The notes: generated from the sequence alone by a model not told the origin. Shown: positions 30,052 through 40,029, counted from the first letter of the stretch. The stretch: 64,000 nucleotides of DNA from Candidatus Thiodiazotropha taylori (GCA_016843265.1 JAEPBJ010000001.1:5052-69051), one strand, 5' to 3'. Translations and numbers: made by a program.

Positions 30052-31437
30052 TCAGATAACCTTCGAGAAGCTGCCCTGAGAGGCCTTGCTGTTCAGGTAG
30101 ATATCGAACTGCATGCAGATGTTACGAATCAACAGACGCCCTCTGGGCAGCACGTTGATGGCCCCATCCTCAATGCTGATCAGACCATCCGCCACCATCT
30201 CCTGCAGACGTTCCAGCTCTTCCGCGAAGTAGTCTCTGAAATCGATCTCCCAGCTGGCTTCCACATCCCCGATACTGAGGGTGTAGTGGCAGATCAGGCG
30301 GGTGATCACATCGCGCCGGATCAGGTCGTCACGGGTCAGGGTCACGCCACGAAACACCGCCAGTCGTCCGGCATCGATTCGTTCGTAGTATTCATCCAGG
30401 CTACGCATGTTCTGTGCGTAACTCGGCCCGACCATACCGATTGAAGTTGCCCCCAAGCCAATCAGATCGCAGTCCGCATGGGTCGAGTAACCCTGGAAGT
30501 TACGATACAGGGTGCCGTCCTCCTGGGCCTTCACCAACTCATCATCCGGTTTGGCAAAGTGATCCATGCCGACATAGATATATCCGGCATCCGACAGCTT
30601 ATCGATGGTCATCTGCAGAATATCGAGTTTCTCCTGCGGCGGTGGCAACTCCTCCGCATTGATCCGCCGTTGCGGTTTGAAGCGCTCCGGCAGATGGGCG
30701 TAGTTGAATACCGAGAGCCGATCCGGATCCACTTCCAGAATCTCATCCAGGGTTGCGGAAAAGCTCTTCAGGCTCTGATGGGGCAGACCGTAGATGAGAT
30801 CGATACTGGTGGAGCGAAACCCCTCATCCCTGGCAGCCTGCAGCACCTGCAGGGTCTCCTGCTTGCTCTGCAGTCGATTGACCGCCTTCTGCACCTTGGC
30901 ATCGAAATCCTGCACTCCCAGACTCATTCGATTGAAACCCAACTCCCGCAGCAGCTTGATGGTGTCCCCTTTTGCCTCCCTGGGATCGATCTCGATGGAG
31001 TATTCACCGCTGTCATCATCCAGCAGGGTGAAAGACTCCCGGGTCTTGGCCATCAATTGCCGCATCTCGTCGTGGCTGATGAAGGTCGGGGTGCCGCCGC
31101 CCCAGTGAAGCTGGGTCACCACTCTGGAGTCGTCGAACAGCTCTGACTGCATACGCAGCTCTTCATGCACCCGGGCCAGATAGCCGGCCGCCATGGTGCG
31201 GTCCTTGGTCGCTACCTTGTTGCAGGCACAGTAGAAGCAGACGGTGTCGCAAAAGGGAATGTGGAAATAGAGAGATAGCGGGCTTCCGCTGGCATTGCTC
31301 TGCTGGGCGATACGACGATACTCGGCATCATCGTATTTTTCTTCAAACTGGACAGCGGTCGGATATGAGGTATATCGCGGACCGGTCTGATTGTATTTAC
31401 CGATCAGTTCCAGGTCGAATTGTGTCGAATGATCCAT
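30052..31437 (-). CDS. hemN: Oxygen-independent coproporphyrinogen III oxidase
   Basis: GPRYTSYPTA, CDTVCFYC radical-SAM motif, GGGTPT, RNFQGYST. Confidence 0.97.
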   Translation of the reverse strand: MDHSTQFDLELIGKYNQTGPRYTSYPTAVQFEEKYDDAEYRRIAQQSNASGSPLSLYFHIPFCDTVCFYCACNKVATKDRTMAAGYLARVHEELRMQSELFDDSRVVTQLHWGGGTPTFISHDEMRQLMAKTRESFTLLDDDSGEYSIEIDPREAKGDTIKLLRELGFNRMSLGVQDFDAKVQKAVNRLQSKQETLQVLQAARDEGFRSTSIDLIYGLPHQSLKSFSATLDEILEVDPDRLSVFNYAHLPERFKPQRRINAEELPPPQEKLDILQMTIDKLSDAGYIYVGMDHFAKPDDELVKAQEDGTLYRNFQGYSTHADCDLIGLGATSIGMVGPSYAQNMRSLDEYYERIDAGRLAVFRGVTLTRDDLIRRDVITRLICHYTLSIGDVEASWEIDFRDYFAEELERLQEMVADGLISIEDGAINVLPRGRLLIRNICMQFDIYLNSKASQGSFSKVI

Positions 31438-31503
31438 AACCTATCTCTCTAATTGTGTAATTGCGCTAGCCAGGATATTGCCAATGCAATTCCTGGATTG
31501 ATA

Positions 31504-31821
31504 CTACTCTGCATCAGCATCGATTCCCTTGCGGTGGGTTTCATTGATCTGACGCAGCAGTATGGCAAAGGGAATATCATCGCTGTGGCGATCAACCAGC
31601 GCCATGAACGGGAGATCCTCCCGTTCGAAGTGATACTCACCATCCACCATCACCTGATGCAACTCCTTGATAGCGGACTCCAATGGCGCCAGGAACGATG
31701 GATAGCTTCCGAGCTCATCCATCTGGTAATCATAACAGTCCCTGAGATCAGCGACTTCTAACAGTGCCTGTTTCACCCATTCAACAAACTCTTCGGCGCT
31801 TCTTGCACGTTGCAGACTCAT
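31504..31821 (-). CDS. Acidic hypothetical protein (105 aa)
   Basis: Clean ORF between prmB and hemN on the same strand, purine-rich RBS; no recognisable motif. Confidence 0.7.
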   Translation of the reverse strand: MSLQRARSAEEFVEWVKQALLEVADLRDCYDYQMDELGSYPSFLAPLESAIKELHQVMVDGEYHFEREDLPFMALVDRHSDDIPFAILLRQINETHRKGIDADAE

Positions 31822-31843
31822 TGCATCTTTCTCTCAAATGGGG

Positions 31844-32737
31844 TTAAAACTGCCCTGCGAATCTGGCAAGATCCGCCGCGTTGATCAGAAACACCCCATC
31901 CCCGCCTCTGGCAAAATCGAGCCAGACGAACGGCACCTCGGGATAGCGCTCCATCAACAAATCAGCGCTGTTGCCTACCTCCATAACCAACAACCCATCG
32001 GGTGTCAGGAACTCAGGCGCCTGATTCAATATCCTTTTGACAATTTCCAGGCCCTGATCATTCGCTTCGAGCGCCATATTCGGCTCATGCAGATACTCCG
32101 GCGGCAGCTCCGCCATCTCGACGGCCCCCACATAGGGTGGATTGGAGAGAATCAGGTCATATTTCACCCCTGGCAGCCCATCGAACAGGTCTGATTCATA
32201 CAGGTTGACCTGTTGATTCAGCCCATGCTGGGCCACATTCTCACTGGCGACAGTCAAGGCGGCTGGCGAGATATCCGCCAGATCCACCGGGCAGTCGGGA
32301 AGATAGGCGGCGGTTGCAATACCGATGCAGCCGCTACCGCAGCAGAGATCGAGCACCCGCTGCAATTGAGAGGAGTCGACCCAGGGAGCAAACTCATTCT
32401 CGATCAATTCGGCAATCGGGGAACGGGGAATCAGCACCTGCTCATTGACCCGGAAGCAGAGTCCGGCAAACCAGGCTTCTCCGGTCAGATAGGGCAATGG
32501 CTTGCGCTGTTCGATCCGACGGGTCACCAGGTCGATAACCCGCTCACGCTCCTCCTCAGTCAATCGGCTGGAAAACCAGAACTGGGGAAGATCCGGAGGA
32601 AGATGAAGGGCGTGCAGAACCAGAGCCGCCGCCTCATCCAGGGCATTATCGGTGCCATGCCCAAAGAACAGCCCGCTTTCGGAAAAACGGCTGGCTGTCC
32701 AACGAATGAAATCGGTAATGGATCGGAGTGATTGCAC
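31844..32737 (-). CDS. prmB: 50S ribosomal protein L3 N5-glutamine methyltransferase
   Basis: FFGHGTDNA.DEA; PRSPIAELI; DLCCGSGCI; SNPPY; EVGNS. Confidence 0.95.
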   Translation of the reverse strand: MQSLRSITDFIRWTASRFSESGLFFGHGTDNALDEAAALVLHALHLPPDLPQFWFSSRLTEEERERVIDLVTRRIEQRKPLPYLTGEAWFAGLCFRVNEQVLIPRSPIAELIENEFAPWVDSSQLQRVLDLCCGSGCIGIATAAYLPDCPVDLADISPAALTVASENVAQHGLNQQVNLYESDLFDGLPGVKYDLILSNPPYVGAVEMAELPPEYLHEPNMALEANDQGLEIVKRILNQAPEFLTPDGLLVMEVGNSADLLMERYPEVPFVWLDFARGGDGVFLINAADLARFAGQF

Positions 32738-32920
32738 GTAATTTATCAGATGATCAAACGCACAATCATAGCCGATTTGGCTATCCAGTCATAATCATAA
32801 TCTGATCAGGGACTTTTTTCTGCCGGCATAGAATCAGCAGGCATACCCATCAACTGGGAGCGGTGTGCAGTGTTGCCTGTGGCCCTATTATGGCCATTGG
32901 CAAAGATTGACTGCAGAACA

Positions 32921-32957
32921 ACCCGGCGACGGAGAGCAATGCGCTCTGTCGCCGGGT
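32921..32957 (-). terminator. Long hairpin just downstream of iscR
   Basis: ACCCGGCGACGGAG...CTCTGTCGCCGGGT arms; weak U-tract. Confidence 0.55.
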
Positions 32958-32964
32958 CAAGCGT

Positions 32965-33432
32965 TTAGGCTGCCTGGGAACTGGAGTTCGCAACCACACT
33001 CAGATTGCTCTCTTCCTCGTCCTTTTTACCCAGGTTCCGTCTCACCAGGTCTCCCAGGGAGATGTCTGCGAGAAAGTTGAAAATCTCGCTGCTCAGGTCG
33101 TCCCACAGGGTATGGGTCAGACAACGAGCGCCGCCACTGCAGTTCTGTCTTCCGCCGCAACGGGTAAATTCCACCCACTCATCGACCGCACAGATGATAT
33201 TGGCAATGGAGATCTCATCCGCACTCTTACCCAGATAGTAGCCACCGCCAGGTCCTCTGACGCCACGCACCAAGTCTTTACTTCTCAGGGCAGCGAACAG
33301 CTGTTCCAGATAGGAGAGGGATATACCCTGGTTTTCAGATATCTCTGCAAGTGTGACCGGACCTTTTTTGCCATTGAGGGCCAGATCCAGCATAGCAGTA
33401 ACCGCATAACGACCTTTTGTTGACAGTCTCAT
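32965..33432 (-). CDS. iscR: Fe-S cluster regulator IscR (Rrf2 family)
   Basis: [18 protein letters not shown]; SLSYLEQLF; VRGPGGGY; C-x5-C-x5-C-x2-H cluster ligands. Confidence 0.9.
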   Translation of the reverse strand: MRLSTKGRYAVTAMLDLALNGKKGPVTLAEISENQGISLSYLEQLFAALRSKDLVRGVRGPGGGYYLGKSADEISIANIICAVDEWVEFTRCGGRQNCSGGARCLTHTLWDDLSSEIFNFLADISLGDLVRRNLGKKDEEESNLSVVANSSSQAA

Positions 33433-33459
33433 TGTATTTTCTCCAGAGGTATGAACTCT

Positions 33460-33519
33460 ATTACCTAGTAAATCAGTCGGTATTTAGACTAAAGTAACTC
33501 AGTAATTTAGTCAACAATT
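33460..33519 (-). promoter_or_regulatory. Two tandem type-1 IscR binding sites (autoregulation)
   Basis: Minus strand ATTGTTGACTAAATTACTGAGTTAC and AATACCGACTGATTTACTAGGTAAT resemble the E. coli iscR promoter sites. Confidence 0.7.
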
Positions 33520-33570
33520 ATTCGGAAAAAATAACAATTTTATTGTGAAAATTATTTTTATTCTTTTATT

Positions 33571-34722
33571 TCAGTTAGTTACTGATTCTACTTCTTTTCG
33601 ATAAGGGGAGCTTTCCAGAAGGTTTTTGTGGTAGGCAAGCAGTGCGGGGGCTTCCTGATGGAGAAATCGTTCAATTCCAATGTTGAATTCCGGATTGGCA
33701 ATCCAGTGATATGAGTAGGTCAGGGTCGGCATGAATCCCCGCCAGATCTTGTGTTCCCCCTGGGCACCGGGCTCGAATCGTTTCAGGCCCTGCTCGATTG
33801 CATAACCGATTCCCTGGTAGTAGCAGGCTTCGAAATGGAGGCTGTCATAGTGTTCCAAGCCGCCCCAGTGACGGCCGTAGAGCACCGATCTGCTGCGGTA
33901 GAGGATAGCCCCCGCAACACAGCGACTGCCATCGTAGGCAAATACCAGCACCACCTGACTGCCCATCTTCTCCCCGATCTCCTGAAAGAAGCCTTGATTC
34001 AGTGTCGGCAGGCTGTAGCGTTCCTCAAAGGTCTTACTGTAGAAATGAGTCATCAGAGCCCACTCGGACTCACTCACCTGATCACCGGTGACCAGCCGAA
34101 AGCGTATCCCTGCCTGATCGACTTTGCGTCGTTCGTGGCGTATGTTTTTGCGGCGTTTGGCGGTGAGCTGGGAGAGAAAGTGGTCAAAATCCGAATATCC
34201 CGGGTTGCTCCAATGAAACTGAACACCCAGCCGTTCATGCATTCCCATGCGCTTCAGGGTCTCCCCCTCCTCCGGCATGGTGAACAGCCAGTGCATGGAT
34301 GAGAGCTTCAGTTGCTTCACCAGTCCCAGTGTGGCTTCGATCATCACCCTCTGCACCTGTTCCTTGTCGACCGCAGAATCAACCAACAGGCGATTGCCAT
34401 AGGCCGGGGTATAGGGTGCCGCACTGATCAGTTTCGGGTAGTAGTTCAAACCGCTTCGTCTGTAGGCATCGGCCCAGGCATGGTCGAAGACGAATTCACC
34501 ATAGGAGTTGTCTTTCAAATAGAGGGGTGAGACACCGACCAGTCTGCCCCGATCATGAACACTGAGATGCTGCGGCTGCCAACCAAAGCGTTCACCCACA
34601 CAATCATTATGTTCAAGTGCCGAGAGAAATTCGTACCTGAGAAAGGGATTTTCATCCGTTACCAGGCGATTCCACTCTTCAGCTTTGAAATCATCTATCT
34701 GACTGTGAAAAGCGACTTGCAT
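33571..34722 (-). CDS. GNAT/FemAB-like protein (DUF482 type)
   Basis: SYGEFVFDHAWA.AY; YYPKL; LYGRHWG; LHFEACYYQ; FEPGAQGEHK. Confidence 0.88.
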   Translation of the reverse strand: MQVAFHSQIDDFKAEEWNRLVTDENPFLRYEFLSALEHNDCVGERFGWQPQHLSVHDRGRLVGVSPLYLKDNSYGEFVFDHAWADAYRRSGLNYYPKLISAAPYTPAYGNRLLVDSAVDKEQVQRVMIEATLGLVKQLKLSSMHWLFTMPEEGETLKRMGMHERLGVQFHWSNPGYSDFDHFLSQLTAKRRKNIRHERRKVDQAGIRFRLVTGDQVSESEWALMTHFYSKTFEERYSLPTLNQGFFQEIGEKMGSQVVLVFAYDGSRCVAGAILYRSRSVLYGRHWGGLEHYDSLHFEACYYQGIGYAIEQGLKRFEPGAQGEHKIWRGFMPTLTYSYHWIANPEFNIGIERFLHQEAPALLAYHKNLLESSPYRKEVESVTN

Positions 34723-34874
34723 GAATCCGATCCGAAGCTTTATATGCAGATAAAATAGCCCAAGCGGAACGCTTGGAAAACCGGTAAATCACAAGGCATC
34801 TTAGGGGATCATGACGATCCGGAGAGTTTGCCCCCATATACCACAGTGCCCTCTCTGCCGGCAGCTGGGAGCAC

Positions 34875-36092
34875 TCACTGAGTCAGGTAATCCTCAATGC
34901 GGATATTGTACGCTTCGGCATTAACCGGTTTGATGATTCGATCCCCGCCACCTGAAACGGAGTCGCTCAGATCCACCACTTCAGGGGCAATCGGTCGCTG
35001 CTTACGAAGGTCGTAAATCACCTTCAGAACCGGATTGAGCAGTGCTTTTTGCGGTGAAGCGATAACCACTGCCAAGCGTTGGCTCTGCAGGGCCACCAGG
35101 CTGCCTACCGGGTATATCCCGACACATTGAATGAATCGCTGCACCAGTTCAGCATCGAACACACCTTCACCACTCCACTCAACCAGTTGGCGTAACACCA
35201 AACTGGGCAATTTACCCTTGTGGTAGACCCGGTCTGAGGTAATAGCATCGTAGACATCGACGATGGCAGCCATTTTACCGTAGAGACTGATCTCTTCGCC
35301 TGAGAGTCTTCCCGGGTAGCCTGTACCGTTGAGTCGTTCGTGATGTTGCAGTATTACCTGTCGTGCCCTTTTCGGAATGGTTTCAGCTTCATCGATCAAT
35401 TTGTAGCCAAAACCCACATGAAGGCGCATCACGTCGAACTCCTGGTCAGAGAGTCGCCCAGGCTTGTTGAGGATCTTATCGGGCACCTGCAACTTACCGA
35501 TGTCATGCAGAATCCCCCCCACACCAAGCTCCCAGATGGTGGACTGATCGAGTTGGAGCTTTTTGCCGAAGGCGATCATCAATGCTGACACACTGACCGA
35601 ATGCTCAAAGGTGTACCGATCCATTTGACGAATCCGGGTCAATCCCAGAAACGCATCCTGATTTCTGAAGATCGAATCCAGCATCTTCTCAACCACCGGT
35701 GCAGCACGCTCAGTGTCGATCTGTTTTCCCAGCCGCGCGTCCGCCATGATGTCGCTAATCACCCGCCCCGCTTCCTGGCGCACCTGATTCGCTTTCGTCA
35801 TCTCTTCCAGCACAGAGGTTTGCGGCTCACTGGCATTTGCCTTGTGTTCCACCACAGGTTCTGTTTGAACTGCAACTGCAGGCGACTCGGCGATAGGCTT
35901 TTGTGCGATATCCAAGCCCTTGTCGGTATCGATGTATATCGCCTTGATACCCGATTTTCTGATTTTATTGATATCGGATAGTTGTTTGATTTTAAATTGA
36001 TTTCTTAGGAATGGATGATCAACCCACGAAGCTTCCAGCTTATGCACATACATACCTATCCTGAGCTCAGCGGTTTCGATCTGTTTGATCAC
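34875..36092 (-). CDS. HD-GYP phosphodiesterase with N-terminal DUF3391
   Basis: L.IGMYV...W..HPF; HSVSV; HDIGK; HHERLNGTGYP; DVYDAITSDR.Y. Confidence 0.9.
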   Translation of the reverse strand: MIKQIETAELRIGMYVHKLEASWVDHPFLRNQFKIKQLSDINKIRKSGIKAIYIDTDKGLDIAQKPIAESPAVAVQTEPVVEHKANASEPQTSVLEEMTKANQVRQEAGRVISDIMADARLGKQIDTERAAPVVEKMLDSIFRNQDAFLGLTRIRQMDRYTFEHSVSVSALMIAFGKKLQLDQSTIWELGVGGILHDIGKLQVPDKILNKPGRLSDQEFDVMRLHVGFGYKLIDEAETIPKRARQVILQHHERLNGTGYPGRLSGEEISLYGKMAAIVDVYDAITSDRVYHKGKLPSLVLRQLVEWSGEGVFDAELVQRFIQCVGIYPVGSLVALQSQRLAVVIASPQKALLNPVLKVIYDLRKQRPIAPEVVDLSDSVSGGGDRIIKPVNAEAYNIRIEDYLTQ

Positions 36093-36133
36093 TCTTACTG
36101 CCCTCGATAAACGTTCCCTATTCCTGGTATACG

Positions 36134-36161
36134 TTATCGGCTGAAAAGCGGCTTGGCTTGA
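36134..36161 (-). promoter_or_regulatory. sigma28 (FliA) promoter of the HD-GYP gene
   Basis: Minus strand TCAA-N16-GCCGATAA. Confidence 0.7.
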
Positions 36162-36215
36162 GCAGCGCCATGAAACTCAAACTCTGACTGATCACCGATT
36201 ATCTTTCAGAAAAGG

Positions 36216-36243
36216 TTGACAGATCCTCCGCAGAAGCTAGAAT
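36216..36243 (+). promoter_or_regulatory. sigma70 promoter of the tRNA cluster
   Basis: TTGACA-N16-TAGAAT followed by a GC-rich discriminator. Confidence 0.75.
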
Positions 36244-36261
36244 ACGCCCTTCCTGAACGCA

Positions 36262-36337
<76 letters not shown>

Positions 36338-36343
36338 ATTTCT

Positions 36344-36373
36344 AAAAGGCCTCGGCACCACCGGGGCTTTTTT
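36344..36373 (+). terminator. Terminator between tRNA-Gly and tRNA-Cys
   Basis: AAAAGGCCTCGG-CACCA-CCGGGGCTTTTTT. Confidence 0.65.
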
Positions 36374-36423
36374 ATGTGCCGATTCGATTCATCGGGAATA
36401 GATGATAGAATTGCGACCATTAT

Positions 36424-36497
36424 GGCTGAGTGGCAGAGTGGTTATGCAGCGGCCTGCAAAGCCGTGGACCTCGGTTCGATTCCGGGCTCAGCCTCCA
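36424..36497 (+). tRNA. tRNA-Cys(GCA)
   Basis: GGCTGAG/CTCAGCC stem, anticodon GCA, CCA end; 74 nt. Confidence 0.97.
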
Positions 36498-36535
36498 TCT
36501 TTCTGATTTAAGATCTGCACGAACAGCGCCAATCT

Positions 36536-36622
36536 GCCCGGGTGGCGAAATTGGTAGACGCAAGAGACTTAAAATCTCTCGACCTTCGGGTCGTGCCGGT
36601 TCGATTCCGGCCCCGGGCACCA
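36536..36622 (+). tRNA. tRNA-Leu(TAA)
   Basis: GCCCGGG/CCCGGGC stem, anticodon TAA, long variable arm, CCA end; 87 nt. Confidence 0.97.
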
Positions 36623-36790
36623 TACCGCCCCAAGACTCAATAACCCCCACCAGCCAGACCCAACGCTGTCTAACGATTTAACTTGCCTGGCAGGAAAAAT
36701 TCAGCGCCGACAAAAAATTAATCCTGGCCCGATTGGTTGCGCCTTCAGGCTCCCCAACACTGGCCAGGATCAATCGGGTTCAACGAATAA

Positions 36791-37219
36791 CTAATACCGG
36801 TAAGGTAAGGTGATCGTGATCACCCCGTCCTCCTCGCTTCTGCTCATCCCTGCAACATCCGCATTGCCCGGCAGCCTGAAGCGACGATTCATCGAGGAGG
36901 AACTGCTGGTAAAGCTGTAACCCCGTTCGTTTCGGTTCTCGACCCGGTGGGCCTCCTGATTCTTCACCAACAGATAGGGTCCTGAGACCTCAACCTGAAT
37001 CGACTCCGGGGCGTATCCCCGGCTCAGGATACGCAGATGGTAACCCTGCTCATCCTGATAGCGCTGAAACTTGATCGATTTTTGTGTATGAAAACTGCTC
37101 CCCTGAGTCAGTGGAGCTCTGTGACTGGAGCCGGATCTGTAATCAAATGCTTGTGTCGTAACAGGTGCCACTAAGCATGCACCCAGCAATAGGCCTATGA
37201 GTGGAAATCTCTTATTCAT
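36791..37219 (-). CDS. Hsp20/alpha-crystallin domain protein with a Sec signal peptide
   Basis: MNKRFPLIGLLLGACLVAPVTTQA signal; G..PE.I.VEV.G..L.V; RRFRLP.NAD...DGVITITLP; GGAGG RBS. Confidence 0.8.
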   Translation of the reverse strand: MNKRFPLIGLLLGACLVAPVTTQAFDYRSGSSHRAPLTQGSSFHTQKSIKFQRYQDEQGYHLRILSRGYAPESIQVEVSGPYLLVKNQEAHRVENRNERGYSFTSSSSSMNRRFRLPGNADVAGMSRSEEDGVITITLPYRY

Positions 37220-37401
37220 CCGTCACCTCCCGTTTCCCAGTCTTACGCTCTGTTAACACCAATCCAATAGGGCCCGTAACCACCGACTGTCTAACCCGGC
37301 ACTGAGGAGTTCATAATGGCACGGCTTTCGAGCTCGTGGCCCATTTCACTTCGAGGAGCGCCAACGGGCTACGCCATTTTTATCACCTCTAACCTATTAG
37401 T

Positions 37402-38034
37402 TTAGTCGTTAACCTGTCCTGTTGATCCATCAATCTCAACGCTTGAGATGTTATTGCTCTCCAGGCTGCCACTGACCTGCCGCTTACCCAGCAGACTCGG
37501 CCAGGCCGCTTTGATGTAGAGCGCCATCGACCAGAGAGTCAATATTGCTGCCACATAGAGCAGAACAAAGCCGACCGTGTAGACCGGGATGCCCCACAAC
37601 GGTTCACTGAAAATCAGCAACAGAATCGCCACCATCTGCACGGCGGTTTTAAATTTACCAATCAGTGAAACCGCGACCATCGCCCGTTCACCCAGTTCCG
37701 CCATCCACTCCCGCAGGGCGGAGATGGTGATCTCCCGTCCAATGATCACGGCAGCGGGAATGGCGAGCGCCGGTGTCGGTTCGGCCTGCACCAGCAGCAG
37801 CAGCGAGACCGCCACCATCAGCTTGTCGGCGACCGGATCAAGGAACGCCCCGAGTGGGGATACCTGCCCCCATCGTCTGGCGAGATAACCGTCGAGCCAA
37901 TCGGTCACTGCGGCTACAGAGAATACAAGCGCACAACTGAGCCTGGCCCACTCAACCGGCAGGTAGAACAGCAGCACAAACACAGGAATCAAAACAATCC
38001 TTAGAAGTGTCAGTATGTTAGGAATGTTCCACAT
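37402..38034 (-). CDS. pgsA: CDP-diacylglycerol--glycerol-3-phosphate 3-phosphatidyltransferase
   Basis: NIPNILTLLR; TDWLDGYLAR; GAFLDPVADK; SALREWMA. Confidence 0.96.
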   Translation of the reverse strand: MWNIPNILTLLRIVLIPVFVLLFYLPVEWARLSCALVFSVAAVTDWLDGYLARRWGQVSPLGAFLDPVADKLMVAVSLLLLVQAEPTPALAIPAAVIIGREITISALREWMAELGERAMVAVSLIGKFKTAVQMVAILLLIFSEPLWGIPVYTVGFVLLYVAAILTLWSMALYIKAAWPSLLGKRQVSGSLESNNISSVEIDGSTGQVND

Positions 38035-38052
38035 CTCATTCTCAGTCGTTCT

Positions 38053-39873
38053 TTATGTTTTGTCATGCAAGGCCTGGTAGATCTGTTCCGCCAATCCTTT
38101 GCTGATTCCTTCCACCCGGGCCAGATCCTCTACTCCCGCCCTGGAGAGTGCCTGTAATCCACCGAATTGTTTCATCAACCGTTGTCGTCGTTTGGCGCCA
38201 ATACCCGGAATATCCTCAAGCACGGAACGTTTGCGGCTTTTTTGCCTGCGCTGACGATGCGCTGTAATGGCGAATCGATGCGCCTCATCCCGTATCTGCT
38301 GGATCAGATGGAGTGCCGGTGAATCAGCTGGCAGTATAATCGGTGACTTTCGCCCCAACAAGAACAGCTGTTCCATCCCGGCTTTTCGATCAGCCCCTTT
38401 GGCCACACCGACCAGAATCAGGCCAGACACCCCCAAATCCTGTAAACAGTCGTTGACTGAGGCCAACTGCCCCCTGCCCCCATCGACAAACAACAGATCC
38501 GGCAGCGGCACCTCACCCTTCTTCACTCTGCGATAGCGGCGCTCCAGTACCTGCCCCATCGCGGCATAGTCGTCGCCTGGCGTGATACCCTCGATATTGA
38601 AGCGTCGGTAATCCGACTTCAACGGTCCCTCCTGGTTGAAAACCACGCAGGAACCGACGGTCAACTCCCCACGGGTATGGCTGATATCAAAACACTCCAT
38701 ACGCTCCGGAATCGCCGCCAGATCCAGGGCCTGCTGCAGTGACTGTAGCCTCTGGTCCATGTTTGATTGGGCGTTGATGCGGCTCTGCAGAGCCAGCTTG
38801 GCGTTGCCCGCCGCCATCTTCAACCATCTGGCCCGCTCACCGCGCACCTTGCTGCCGATACGGATGCGCCTTTTCGCCTGCTCACTGAAGACCGCCTCCA
38901 GCAGCGCCTGCTCTTGCAACTCTGCGTTGATGATGATCTCGTTGGGCAGCGGCTTATCCAGGTAGTACTGGGTAATGAAAGCGCGCAAAACACTCTCCTC
39001 CGAGTCCCCTTGTGGCACTGTGGGATAGAAGGATTTGTTACCCAGGTTACGACCTGATCGAATGTAAAAAACCTGAATGCAGGCGCTGTTGCCCCGTTTT
39101 ACGATTGCCACGATATCCAGATCTCCCGACTCCCCACTCACATACTGGCGCTCCTGGATACGCTGTAGACTTTTGATCTGATCCCGGTAGCGGGCCGCAA
39201 GCTCAAACTCCAGCTTCTGCGAGGCCGCTTCCATCTGTTTCACCAACTCATCCACAACCAGGTTGGTCTTACCCTCCAGAAACATAACCGCGTGTTCCAC
39301 ATCCATTGCATAATCCTGCTCGCTGACCAGGCCGACACAGGGACCACTGCAACGTTTTATCTGGTACTGCAAACAGGCTCGGGAACGGTTGCGGTAGAAA
39401 CTCTCCTCACACTGCCTCACGGGAAAAAGCTTCTGCAATAACTGAAGGGTTTCGCGGGTTGAACCGGCACTGGGATAGGGACCGAAGTAGCGACCTCCAC
39501 CCGTGCGGGCACCTCGCCGGAACGAGAGGGCCGGATAGTCCTGATCCGAAGAGAGATGAATATAGGGGTAACTTTTATCGTCCCTCAGCAGAATATTGTA
39601 TTTCGGCTTCAGCGATTTGATCAGCTGATTCTCAAGAATCAACGCCTCTGCCTCGGTATGGGTGACTATGATCTCAATCTCAACAATCTGCGAGACCATG
39701 ATCTGAATGCGCCGGTTCAGGCTACGGGTAAAATAGCTGGATACCCGTTTCTTGAGATTCTTCGCCTTACCTACATACAGAACCTTCTCCTGCTCCCCGA
39801 CCATCCGATAGACCCCAGGCCTGGAGGTCAGGGTGTTGAGAAATTTGGCATGATCGAATTGCTGCTGAGCCAT
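38053..39873 (-). CDS. uvrC: Excinuclease ABC subunit C
   Basis: PGVYRM...YVGKAKNLKKRV; FDISH; RDEAHRFA; HhH tail. Confidence 0.97.
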   Translation of the reverse strand: MAQQQFDHAKFLNTLTSRPGVYRMVGEQEKVLYVGKAKNLKKRVSSYFTRSLNRRIQIMVSQIVEIEIIVTHTEAEALILENQLIKSLKPKYNILLRDDKSYPYIHLSSDQDYPALSFRRGARTGGGRYFGPYPSAGSTRETLQLLQKLFPVRQCEESFYRNRSRACLQYQIKRCSGPCVGLVSEQDYAMDVEHAVMFLEGKTNLVVDELVKQMEAASQKLEFELAARYRDQIKSLQRIQERQYVSGESGDLDIVAIVKRGNSACIQVFYIRSGRNLGNKSFYPTVPQGDSEESVLRAFITQYYLDKPLPNEIIINAELQEQALLEAVFSEQAKRRIRIGSKVRGERARWLKMAAGNAKLALQSRINAQSNMDQRLQSLQQALDLAAIPERMECFDISHTRGELTVGSCVVFNQEGPLKSDYRRFNIEGITPGDDYAAMGQVLERRYRRVKKGEVPLPDLLFVDGGRGQLASVNDCLQDLGVSGLILVGVAKGADRKAGMEQLFLLGRKSPIILPADSPALHLIQQIRDEAHRFAITAHRQRRQKSRKRSVLEDIPGIGAKRRQRLMKQFGGLQALSRAGVEDLARVEGISKGLAEQIYQALHDKT

Positions 39874-40029
39874 ATGGGGTCAATATTGAATCGTTTCCTG
39901 AACCATCCGATCGGGACGGTTCCCAGGGTCATTGGTTAACTTGAATCGAGATGCGGTCCGAGATCCGCTCATCTGCCACTTTTCAGCGGACCAGGATTCC
40001 GAAAAGCGTGGCACAAACCACGCTTCAGA

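Noticed and set aside
31544-31557. FNR-like site upstream of hemN (TTGATCTGACGCAG)
   Set aside because: Only one half matches TTGAT-N4-ATCAA, and it lies within a coding sequence.
37316-37332. TGGCACG sigma54 -24 box
   Set aside because: The -12 element reads GA rather than GC, and it points antisense into pgsA.
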